Below, one piece after another: positions 55,401-63,230 of a DNA stretch of 64,000 bases. The notes under the pieces are model-generated. The model worked only from the letters and a program-made list of their open reading frames with translations. It was not told the DNA's origin and ran no database searches. The translations under genes and the position numbers were made by a program. How positions within the stretch are numbered: position 1 is the stretch's first letter; every line of letters starts with the position of its first letter. Origin of the DNA: Roseibacillus sp. (lineage in GTDB: Bacteria > Verrucomicrobiota > Verrucomicrobiia > Verrucomicrobiales > Akkermansiaceae); contig JAKVCR010000001.1 of assembly GCA_022448985.1 (NCBI GenBank), positions 4,217 to 68,216 of the forward strand, written 5' to 3'.

Positions 55401-58076
55401 ATTCGTTACCGCATCACGGTGGAAGACGTCCCGGGTAATGCCCAGCAGACTCCCTATGAGGACGATGAGTCACCGAACTTCGCCTACTTCTGTTACAACG
55501 GGGTACCGGACTGGTCAGGGTCCAAGCGGCCCGGGGTGCTTCGTAGCGTCAACTACCGCGCTTCCGCACTCGACAGCATTGCGGTCTATCACCTGATAAC
55601 GAAGGAATCCGATGTGATCCAGTGCCAGTGGAGCGGACCGACCGACGGTGTCTACCGCTACCTGGGGACATGGGTCTACGATGGGAAGGTCTACGATCAC
55701 ATGCGCTATCGGATCCGGGGTAATGCTTCCGTCCGCCAGGCGGGAAAGAACAAGTGGAAATTCAATTTCAACCGGGCCCGGCCCTTCGAGGCCCGTGACA
55801 ATTACGGGCGCAGGTATGATGTGCCCTGGGACAAGATCAACGGACTGGCCGCCACCAACCCGTGGTGGCGCAACAATGTCGCTACTGACGGCACGGTCTA
55901 CGGTGAGTCCCTCGGGTTCCGCCTGTATCAACTGGCAGGTGGACTCGCCAGCAACACGCAGTTCTATCACTTCCGCGTCATTGACAAGGTGGCGGAGGCA
56001 CCTTCAGACCAGTACGACGGCGACTTCTGGGGCCTCTACATCGCGGTCGAGCAACCCGACATCAAGTTCCTTGAGGCCCGCAACATGCCCGATGGGAACC
56101 TCTATAATGTCCACGGCGGGTCGGGATCGACCAAGCGGGCCCAGGGCTCGAACCAGGTGAGCGACAAGTCGGACCTCTTCGCGTTCCAGGGGTTGCACAG
56201 CAGCGGAACCCCCCAGTCGCGGTGGGAGGCCAACCTCGACTTCGACCACTACTTCGCCTTCAACGCGATGAACCTCGCAATCAACAACTCCGACATGCGC
56301 CCGCAGGACAACGTGAACTATTATCACAATTCGGAGACCGGCAAGTGGCACATCCTTCCATGGGATATCGACCTGACCTTCGAGGATGCGCCCCATTGGG
56401 GCCGGGGAGACACCTCTGCCTGGGAGAGCATCTATCACTGCCTGCAGTATTCGAGCATCAACCAAGCTTATGAAAACAAGGTACGAGAAATCCTCAACCT
56501 TCTCCTCGACAATGACCAGTCCCCCCACCTGGTTGATGAATTCGCCGGTTTCCTGACCAAGGGTGGCCGGCAGAATATCGTGGAAGCGGGACAGGCAGTC
56601 TGGGACTACCATCCGCGCAAGACCAAGAAGGGGATCTGGTACGGCAACTTCAATTCGTCGCTCCTGCCCAGCCGGAGCTTTGCGGGTCTCACCCAGTACA
56701 CCAAGGACTTCCTGACGGTGCGCGGCTACGGTCGCAGCAACCTGGCAAGCAAGGCGGTTGACAGCGCGATCCCTTACAAGCCCACCATCGGCTACACGGG
56801 CCCGGATGGATATCCCGTTGACGGACTGGCCTTCCAGTCCTCGTCTTTCAACGATCCACAGGGACGCAGCACCTTCGGATCGATGGAGTGGCGTATCGGG
56901 GAAATCCGCAATCCGGACACTCCCAATTACGTGGAGGGGGATCGCTACATTTACGAGATCGAGACCTACTACCAGAGTGACCGGCTTACACCATTCCAGG
57001 GGCAGTTCACCTTCCCGACAGCCGAGGTGAGACCCGGTCGGACCTACCGCGCCCGGGTGCGGCACCTCGACAACAGTGGCCGTGCCAGCCACTGGTCCAA
57101 TCCGGTGGAATTCACCGCCACCACCCCGGACCTGGATTCCTGGACCAGCAACCTGATGGTCACCGAGGTTCATTATAATCCCCTTCCTGCCAGTGCAGCT
57201 GAAATCGCGGCCGGATTCGTCACTTCCGATTTCGAGTTCATTGAGATCCAGAATATCAGTTCCACTCTCACCCTTGATCTTACCGACATCCGCTTCACGA
57301 AGGGAATCGACTTCGATTTCGCCGATGGCGTGATCACCAGTCTTGCTCCCGGTGCCTACGCCCTCGTGGTGCGTAACGAGGATGCCTTCGAGTCACGTTA
57401 CGGGGCAGGACTGCCAGTGGCGGGTAGCTACGGACCCGACAACCTTTCCAACGGGGGCGAAAACGTGAAACTCTCCTTTGGAGCCGGGGTCACCATCCAG
57501 GAGTTTCACTACCTCGACGTTGCGCCCTGGCCTTCCGCTCCGGATGGAACCGGGGTCTCTCTGGCCCTTGTGAATCCCGCTGTTGCTCCCGATCACGCTG
57601 ATCCCTTTAACTGGAGAGCCAGCGTGACGGTAGGCGGCAGCCCGGGGGAGGCCGAACAGACTGCGAGCCTGGTGAATTGGAGGAACGACAACTTCACCGC
57701 CGCCGAACTTGCCGATCCGAGCATCTCAGGTGACGCGGTCGACATTGACCTCGACGGGATGAACACCATCATGGAATACGCATTCGTGGGGGATCCCAGG
57801 TCCCCGGATCCGGAGCACCTGCCCCAGCTGTTGACGGTAACCGATGGTGGAGTGGACTACATTGGCCTTGCGATGCGCCGCCGGCTGGATGCCGGTGATC
57901 TGATCTATGAGGTCCAGGTATCCGATGACCTGAGGGATTGGACCGTGGAGAGCGATGCGGTGACGGTGAGTTCCGTGGCCAATGGTGATGGCTCGGTGAC
58001 GGAGATATTGCGGCTGCCGGGGACGATGGCCTCGGCGGGTCGAATGTTCCTGCGGGTGCGCGTTACAGTGCTCTGA
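52410..58076 (+). CDS. giant secreted CotH-kinase-family protein with two lamin-tail domains, FN3-like repeats and an unnamed N-terminal module
   Basis: Signal peptide. LTD-like segments are IVINEIHYDH..EFIEIFNP..PV.LTGW and LMVTEVHYNP..DFEFIEIQN...L.L. The CotH-like core is about aa 1050-1440 (..YDHMRYRIRGNASVRQAGKNKWKFNF.., ..FYHFRVID.., ..WGLYIAVEQPD..FL.., ..WHILPWDIDLTF..). Confidence 0.85.
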   Translation: MNKLLHLNMAIPAALWLCQAVSAQNVISVNFDGQAGTGTPGPVTGVAGSIPVDNWNNSGVSVLNGPLSLVDDAGSPTTATVLWSVENQWTTNGGNNSGGDVQMMQGYLDNFHDRPPIEVTGIPASFQASGYELRIYHNTDSGGTMGFTVSDDGGLTSTTYYSHQPGGNNSNYPLAGADPFGGAAGYIGSQSTARNTTVPSNYTLFTGLTGSSLRITGVRGSSGDTRSRPNGFQIVAKAVPGAPMVENNPATGITARSARLNGTVTDVGTAAPVVTIYYGDNDGLANPEDWDNALELPGTWAGAFSANVTDLNPGRTYYYRSYASNASGARWAPASDSFQTGVEPPALANLPATGIMTNSAEIGAEVTSTGGEVPLVTVYYGLTDGGTTEGDWDSFALLGAQSGVATTTVTGLQTGRSYFYRARGVNGGGTVWAPATASFATAEPAPPSVVNRGADGVRGGSANLRGEVTENGFDAPAITIYYGDNDGGIDPTSWDSAVTIGQRTGQFSLYVSDLVPLTTYYFRCRATNVAGTAWAPGSETFTTTDLLSSSIVINEIHYDHEPKTERGEFIEIFNPSDSPVPLTGWQINGAIDFDFPEGTVIAANGFLVIAEDPAAMRSVFGVRNALGPYVGRLSNDGERLELENENGSLVDEVDYGIGFPWPTASRGGGTSMELINENLDNDLGSSWRASGNAAPAGAQVTYVEAGQSWRYRKGTSEASNPVDAWRMQGFSEDETWVTGTAGFGYGDSDDTTTLDDMRNNYASVFLRKEFNLTGTIPTRLEIRVYHDDGAIVWINGEEVARVSVDQGDLTYRGARASDPPGAAPGSAVNNQEATWTDILFLGAQNTLQPGVNTVAVQGFNSTLSSSDFSLDCEVKTPPPGNPDNAATGDPTPGAANSVYAANAPPNIRQVEHGPSQPAEGQEVVVTAKVTDPDGVANVTLTYQLVEPGSYVHKEDSAYENGWVPLAMVDDGTGGDEAAGDSVFTVTMPAGLQVHRRLIRYRITVEDVPGNAQQTPYEDDESPNFAYFCYNGVPDWSGSKRPGVLRSVNYRASALDSIAVYHLITKESDVIQCQWSGPTDGVYRYLGTWVYDGKVYDHMRYRIRGNASVRQAGKNKWKFNFNRARPFEARDNYGRRYDVPWDKINGLAATNPWWRNNVATDGTVYGESLGFRLYQLAGGLASNTQFYHFRVIDKVAEAPSDQYDGDFWGLYIAVEQPDIKFLEARNMPDGNLYNVHGGSGSTKRAQGSNQVSDKSDLFAFQGLHSSGTPQSRWEANLDFDHYFAFNAMNLAINNSDMRPQDNVNYYHNSETGKWHILPWDIDLTFEDAPHWGRGDTSAWESIYHCLQYSSINQAYENKVREILNLLLDNDQSPHLVDEFAGFLTKGGRQNIVEAGQAVWDYHPRKTKKGIWYGNFNSSLLPSRSFAGLTQYTKDFLTVRGYGRSNLASKAVDSAIPYKPTIGYTGPDGYPVDGLAFQSSSFNDPQGRSTFGSMEWRIGEIRNPDTPNYVEGDRYIYEIETYYQSDRLTPFQGQFTFPTAEVRPGRTYRARVRHLDNSGRASHWSNPVEFTATTPDLDSWTSNLMVTEVHYNPLPASAAEIAAGFVTSDFEFIEIQNISSTLTLDLTDIRFTKGIDFDFADGVITSLAPGAYALVVRNEDAFESRYGAGLPVAGSYGPDNLSNGGENVKLSFGAGVTIQEFHYLDVAPWPSAPDGTGVSLALVNPAVAPDHADPFNWRASVTVGGSPGEAEQTASLVNWRNDNFTAAELADPSISGDAVDIDLDGMNTIMEYAFVGDPRSPDPEHLPQLLTVTDGGVDYIGLAMRRRLDAGDLIYEVQVSDDLRDWTVESDAVTVSSVANGDGSVTEILRLPGTMASAGRMFLRVRVTVL

Positions 58077-58221
58077 CCCCGTGCTGGAGGGGACAAGCGG
58101 GGAAAGTGTTCAGGTTTCCTTATTATATGGGCCGTGTTGCTTTGAGCGGCTCCCAATAAAGAAGGCGATTTTTTTGGGTTATTCTGTTTACAACAGGCGC
58201 TGGGACTCATTAATTGGCCCT

Positions 58222-58233
58222 AACCCATTCAAC
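58222..58233 (+). promoter_or_regulatory. AACCCATTCAAC leader motif directly upstream of the start codon
   Basis: The same 9-mer unit AACCCATTC occurs twice in tandem at 63202-63219 in front of the paralogous gene. Its function is unknown. Confidence 0.3.
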
Positions 58234-58235
58234 GC

Positions 58236-59012
58236 ATGAAACTCAATAAACTCATCATCGCCCTCGCCTCTTGCGGCTCATTAGTCGTGGGGGTCAATGC
58301 AGCCAGTACAATCAGCCTGAACTTCGATGGTCAGGACGGGGTCGGAACTCCCGGCGCGGTCACTGGTGTAGCAGGGGCTGTCCCGGTCGGTAACTGGAAC
58401 AACACTGGAACTGGAAATGGTGGGAATGTTGGCGCAGCAGTGGCCCTTGTCGACTCAAGCGGTGCCGCCTCCGGTGCTACCGTGAGCTGGAACGTGGCCA
58501 ACCACTGGTCCACCAATGGTGGAGACAGCTCTGGCGGCGATGCCCAGATGATGCAGGGGTATCTTGACAACTTCCACGACCGCGATGCGATTGAGGTCAC
58601 CATCCCCGGCTCCTTCCAGGCCAGCGGTTACGAACTCCGGATTTATCACAATACGGATAGTGCCGGCACGATGGGTTTCACCGTTAGTGATGGGCTCATT
58701 ACCAACACCCACTACAGTCACCAGGCGGGTGGGAATGGAACGAACTTTCCCCTTGCGGGAGCTGATCCGTTCGGGGGCGCGGCTGGCTACATCGGCAGCC
58801 AGGACACCAATGCGGGCACCACGACACCTTCGAACTACACCCTCTTCACGGGATTGTCCGGTGACACGCTGACGATCGCCGGTGTCCGCGGAGCTGCCGG
58901 CGACACCCGTTCACGTCCTAACGCGTTTCAGATTACCCAGGTTCCCGAGCCGACCTCCATGTTGCTCGTGCTGCTTGGAGCGGCAGGCGTGTTCGTTCGC
59001 CGCAGGCGTTAA
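58236..59012 (+). CDS. PEP-CTERM-anchored protein consisting only of the shared N-terminal module
   Basis: Signal peptide, then the ~210-aa module, then a C-terminal VPEPTSMLLVLLGAAGVFVRRRR (PEP motif + TM helix + Arg cluster), which is a PEP-CTERM sorting signal. Confidence 0.85.
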   Translation: MKLNKLIIALASCGSLVVGVNAASTISLNFDGQDGVGTPGAVTGVAGAVPVGNWNNTGTGNGGNVGAAVALVDSSGAASGATVSWNVANHWSTNGGDSSGGDAQMMQGYLDNFHDRDAIEVTIPGSFQASGYELRIYHNTDSAGTMGFTVSDGLITNTHYSHQAGGNGTNFPLAGADPFGGAAGYIGSQDTNAGTTTPSNYTLFTGLSGDTLTIAGVRGAAGDTRSRPNAFQITQVPEPTSMLLVLLGAAGVFVRRRR

Positions 59013-59077
59013 GTGGGCGTCAGTCCCGAAGGGTTTCATATGATCTACAGCTGGGAAATGGATTTCCCTGCTCTGCT

Positions 59078-59110
59078 CACCCGCCAGTTTCCTGGCGGGT
59101 GATTTTTTTT
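59078..59110 (+). terminator. Rho-independent terminator after the PEP-CTERM gene
   Basis: Perfect 10-bp stem cacccgccag / ctggcgggtg with loop tttc, followed by a-tttttttt. Confidence 0.85.
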
Positions 59111-59135
59111 GAGACTTTCTCGGACCGTGCATGAG

Positions 59136-62100
59136 ATGGCCAGATATCATCCCTCCGTTCGGAGACTTGTAGCGGGCTCGGCCCTTGCACTTGGCTTCGT
59201 TGTGCTTGCCGCCTGCGAAGGTCCCGAAGTCAGAGGGGGAGGCGGCAGCCGGAACGAGGGCAATCCGCCAGTGGGCGCGTCGCAACCGGATTCCACGCCC
59301 GTCCCGACTGCTCCGGAGGGATCCCTGGCGGCGAGGCCTCTGGCGACGCGTCCTGACCCGACGGGCGAAACCCTCTTCGAGCGGCTTGTTCCGGAGCAGA
59401 CCGGGGTCGCCTTTCAAAACAGGATCGATATCACCCATCCCCTCAAGCGCCTTTACCATTCCGGGTTCGTGTGTGGCGGGGTGGCCATAGGGGATCTCGA
59501 CGGGGATGAGCGTCCTGATCTCTTCCTTGTGAGCGGACCAGGACAGAACAAACTCTACCGGCAGACGGAAACCGCTTTCCGGTTTGAGGACATCACTGCG
59601 GCAGCCGGGGTGGATGGAGGAAAGGCCTGGGGGACCGGGGCAGCGCTGGCCGATCTTGATAACGATGGCGACCTCGATATCTACGTCTGCAACTACGACT
59701 CTCCCAATGCGCTTTACCTCAACGACGGGACGGGAAAGTTTGAAGAGGCTGCCGCCAGGTTCGGCCTTGCCCAGGTGGATGCCTGCCTCCTGCCGACTTT
59801 CTGTGATTACGACCAGGACGGAGATCTTGATGTGTTTCTCCTGACCAACCGCTTCTACCGGGAGGGGGGCCGCCCTGCGAATCCTCCCTTTGAGCAGGCT
59901 GGTAATGGCAGGGCGTTGGTCAAGCCGGAGTTCAGGAAATTCTATGCCCTCACCGAGAAGGGGCCGGGTAACTACGACATGGATGAAGTAGGCCGCCCCG
60001 ATATCCTGCTGCGTAATGACGACGGCATGTTCACGGATGTCAGCGTGGCGGCCGGAATTCAAACGCGTGGCCATGGCCTGGCAGCCACCTGGTGGGACTA
60101 TGACCAGGATGGGCTGATGGATCTCTACGTCTGTAATGACTTCGCGGATCCTGACAACCTGTTCCGCAACAATGGAGACGGCACCTTCACCAATGCCATC
60201 ACCTCGGTCGTCAATTACACTCCCTGGTTTTCCATGGGGGCTGATGCGGGGGACATCAACAACGACGGGCAACTCGATTTCGTGGTCCTCGATATGGCGG
60301 CCACCACACACTACAAGTCCAAGATGGCAATGGGGGAGATGGGTGTCATGCGTTACATCATCGAGAAGGCCCTGCCCCGCCAGGTGATGCGTAACTGCCT
60401 TTACGTCAGTACCGGGACGGGACGCTACACAGAATGTGCAAGCCTTTCCGGCGTATCCAACTCGGATTGGTCGTGGGCTGCGAAGCTGGCCGACTTTGAT
60501 AATGACGGACGGGTCGATCTCTTTATTTCCAACGGGATGGCGCGCGACTTCAACAACTCGGACATCACCTTCACGGTTGCGGACCAGATCGGGAAGAGCG
60601 AGTGGGATCACTACGAGAATTCGCCTACCAAGCCGGAGCAGAATCTCGCCTTTCGGAACAAGGGTGACTATGCCTTCGAGGATGTCAGCAAGGCATGGGG
60701 GCTCGATCACGTGGGCATGAGCTACGGTAGTGCCTACGGGGACCTCGATGGCGATGGTGATCTCGATATTGTCACGGTGAACCTGGAGGAACCCGTCAGC
60801 ATTTACCGCAATGCCGCCCACGAAGGGAACGTGGTGACGGTGTCCCTGCGCGGAGTGCGTTCCAACCGCTTCGGTCTCGGGGCGCTGGTCACCCTGGAAG
60901 CTGGCGGCACCAGGCACGTGCGGCAACTGGTGCCGATGAGTGGCTACCTTTCCAGTAACGAGCCGATTGTTCATGTCGGACTGGGAGAGGCCACTGCGAT
61001 CGACAAGCTGAGTGTGCGCTGGCCGGACGGTGGGGTGCAGGACTACCGGGATCTGCAGGCTAACCAGCACTACACCATCACGGAAGCGGGCAAGGCTCTT
61101 CCGGGGATGCAGCGCAAGAAACCGGATCCGCTTTTTGCCCCCGAGAAGCGTCTCCGGGGCATCGTGCACAAGGAGAGGATCTTCGAGGACTTCTCACGCC
61201 AACCACTCCTGCCTAACAAGCTTTCGCAACTCGGTCCGGGCATTGCGTTCGGGGACGTGGACGGTAATGGAAGCGAGGACTTTTTCGTTTCGACCGCGCG
61301 CGGACAGTCCGGCGCGATCTTCCTGAATGACGGGAAGGGCAATTTCCGGGTGGGGGCGACCTCGCCCTTTGACACCGACGAGGACAGCGAGGGCATGGGC
61401 GTTCTTTTCCTTGATGCCGACTCTGACGGGGACCAGGACCTCTACGTGGCCAATGGGAGCTACGAATATGACAGTGGGAGCCTGTTGACTCGTGACCGGC
61501 TCTACCTGAACAATGGGAAGGGGGAGTTTGCCAAGGCCTCCCTTGATGCCCTGCCGGCGTTCCGGGACAACAGCAGTTGCGTGGTGGCCGCGGACTTCGA
61601 CCGTGATGGGGACCTTGATCTTTTTGTAGGGGGACGGGTTGTTTCTGGTGATTACCCCATGCCCGCGCAGAGCCGCCTCCTCCTGAACGAGTCCAGTGAG
61701 GGCAAGGTGAGGTTTGTGGAAGCTCCTCCCGAGCGGGCCCCAGGCCTGCGCACCACAGGGATGGTCACCGGCGCCCTCTGGTCCGATGCTGATGGAGACG
61801 GTTGGATCGATCTCCTGGTCACGCACGAGTGGGGCCCGGTGAAGCTCTTTCGAAATGAAAAGGGCACGTTGGTTGATGTCACGGAAAAGAGCGGTTTGCA
61901 CAAGCACCTGGGCTGGTGGAACAGCATCACAGGGGGAGATCCTGACAATGATGGCGACATCGACTATGCGGTGGGTAATGTCGGGTTGAACACCAAGTAT
62001 CACGCTGATCCCGGACATCCGGTAATACTCTACTACGGAGATTACGGGGACGAGGGAGTGAAACGGCTGGTGGAGGCCAAGTACGAGAATGATGTCATCG

Positions 62101-62882
62101 TGCCCGCTCGCGGGAAGAGCTGTTCCACCAAGGCCATGCCGCACCTCAGTAAGAAGTTTGGCACCTTCCACCAGTTTGCGAGCGCGACCTTGCCCCAGAT
62201 TTATACCAAGGAATGCCTGAGCGAATCAGTAAAGCTCGAGGCCAACACCCTGGAATCCGGGATCTTCATCAACGACGGAAAGGGGGGCTTTTCCTTCCGG
62301 CCCCTTCCCAAGGCGGCCCAGTCGTCTGCGATCTTCGGCTTGGAATTCGTGGAGGTGGACGGTGACGGCAAACTGGACCTCTATGCGGTGCAGAACTTTT
62401 CCAACCCGCAATTCGAGACCCCTCCGTTCCGGGGTGGTCTGAGCGTTCTGCTTCGGGGTGACGGGAAAGGTGACTTTACCATGGTGTCGCACTCTGAAAG
62501 TGGATTAGTGGTACCCACCGATGGACGGGCACTGGCCTGCAGTGACTTTAACGGGGATGGCCGCCCTGACTTCCTGGTTGGTATCAACAATGGGGAACTG
62601 CTCGCCTTCACCAATCGTCGCACACCTGCCGCCGGGGTTCTCCGTCTGCAGGGGGAGGGGGGAAACCCTTCCGTTGCCGGTGCGCGGGTTACCCTGGTGA
62701 GTAAGGATGGAACGCGGGTGCAGGAGATCTACCAGGGTGGTGGTTATCTCTCCCAGTCGACGCCTACGATCTTCCTTGATCCGGATGTGATGCGTGTGGA
62801 AGTGGTCTGGCCGGACGGTTCCTCAAGTAGCCATCCGGTGGACCCCGCCACTCGGGAGACGGTCATTTCCGGCCCGCAGTAG
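59136..62882 (+). CDS. CRTAC1-family protein: two tandem FG-GAP/VCBS repeat + ASPIC/UnbV units, lipoprotein signal
   Basis: LAAC lipobox. Many D.D.DGD.D..V repeats. There are two UnbV/ASPIC-like ends (..SGYLSSNEPIVHVGLG......L.VRWPDG and ..GGGYLSQSTPTIFL......VEVVWPDG). Confidence 0.85.
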   Translation: MARYHPSVRRLVAGSALALGFVVLAACEGPEVRGGGGSRNEGNPPVGASQPDSTPVPTAPEGSLAARPLATRPDPTGETLFERLVPEQTGVAFQNRIDITHPLKRLYHSGFVCGGVAIGDLDGDERPDLFLVSGPGQNKLYRQTETAFRFEDITAAAGVDGGKAWGTGAALADLDNDGDLDIYVCNYDSPNALYLNDGTGKFEEAAARFGLAQVDACLLPTFCDYDQDGDLDVFLLTNRFYREGGRPANPPFEQAGNGRALVKPEFRKFYALTEKGPGNYDMDEVGRPDILLRNDDGMFTDVSVAAGIQTRGHGLAATWWDYDQDGLMDLYVCNDFADPDNLFRNNGDGTFTNAITSVVNYTPWFSMGADAGDINNDGQLDFVVLDMAATTHYKSKMAMGEMGVMRYIIEKALPRQVMRNCLYVSTGTGRYTECASLSGVSNSDWSWAAKLADFDNDGRVDLFISNGMARDFNNSDITFTVADQIGKSEWDHYENSPTKPEQNLAFRNKGDYAFEDVSKAWGLDHVGMSYGSAYGDLDGDGDLDIVTVNLEEPVSIYRNAAHEGNVVTVSLRGVRSNRFGLGALVTLEAGGTRHVRQLVPMSGYLSSNEPIVHVGLGEATAIDKLSVRWPDGGVQDYRDLQANQHYTITEAGKALPGMQRKKPDPLFAPEKRLRGIVHKERIFEDFSRQPLLPNKLSQLGPGIAFGDVDGNGSEDFFVSTARGQSGAIFLNDGKGNFRVGATSPFDTDEDSEGMGVLFLDADSDGDQDLYVANGSYEYDSGSLLTRDRLYLNNGKGEFAKASLDALPAFRDNSSCVVAADFDRDGDLDLFVGGRVVSGDYPMPAQSRLLLNESSEGKVRFVEAPPERAPGLRTTGMVTGALWSDADGDGWIDLLVTHEWGPVKLFRNEKGTLVDVTEKSGLHKHLGWWNSITGGDPDNDGDIDYAVGNVGLNTKYHADPGHPVILYYGDYGDEGVKRLVEAKYENDVIVPARGKSCSTKAMPHLSKKFGTFHQFASATLPQIYTKECLSESVKLEANTLESGIFINDGKGGFSFRPLPKAAQSSAIFGLEFVEVDGDGKLDLYAVQNFSNPQFETPPFRGGLSVLLRGDGKGDFTMVSHSESGLVVPTDGRALACSDFNGDGRPDFLVGINNGELLAFTNRRTPAAGVLRLQGEGGNPSVAGARVTLVSKDGTRVQEIYQGGGYLSQSTPTIFLDPDVMRVEVVWPDGSSSSHPVDPATRETVISGPQ

Positions 62883-63201
62883 AAATTTTCCGGGGGCGGA
62901 GAGTTGCTCACAAATCAGGATGAAGATGAGATATATGGATCTCTGAAATTCAGAGCTCCATCACTGGAGGGATCCACCCGCAAAAATTGGCATCCTGATT
63001 ATAACAGATTCCGGCGAACAGGACTCCATTATGATGGATACCCGGAACTTTTCGCTGTCAGTAATACTCGTCTGTCCCGGTCTCATTCTCCGTGTTGGCT
63101 GAGTCCTGCTCACGCACGGAACTGCAATTCTTCTTTCGTTCTGATGTTCGAATTCTTAATCGTATAGGAGCGTCTCGTCTCAGAGATCGCTCCTGTTTCA
63201 C

Positions 63202-63224
63202 AACCCATTCAACCCATTCAACCT
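63202..63224 (+). promoter_or_regulatory. tandem AACCCATTC AACCCATTC AACC leader motif
   Basis: Ends 6 nt upstream of ATG 63231. It matches the leader motif at 58222-58233. Confidence 0.3.
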
Positions 63225-63230
63225 AATCTC

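Noticed and set aside
58911-61169. 752-aa ORF on the minus strand
   Set aside because: It is antisense to the PEP-CTERM and CRTAC1-like genes, has no recognisable motifs, and spans a plus-strand terminator.
62904-63167. 87-aa ORF in the AT-rich spacer before the third module paralogue
   Set aside because: It has a TTG start, poor composition and no motifs. The region behaves more like a promoter or 5' UTR spacer.
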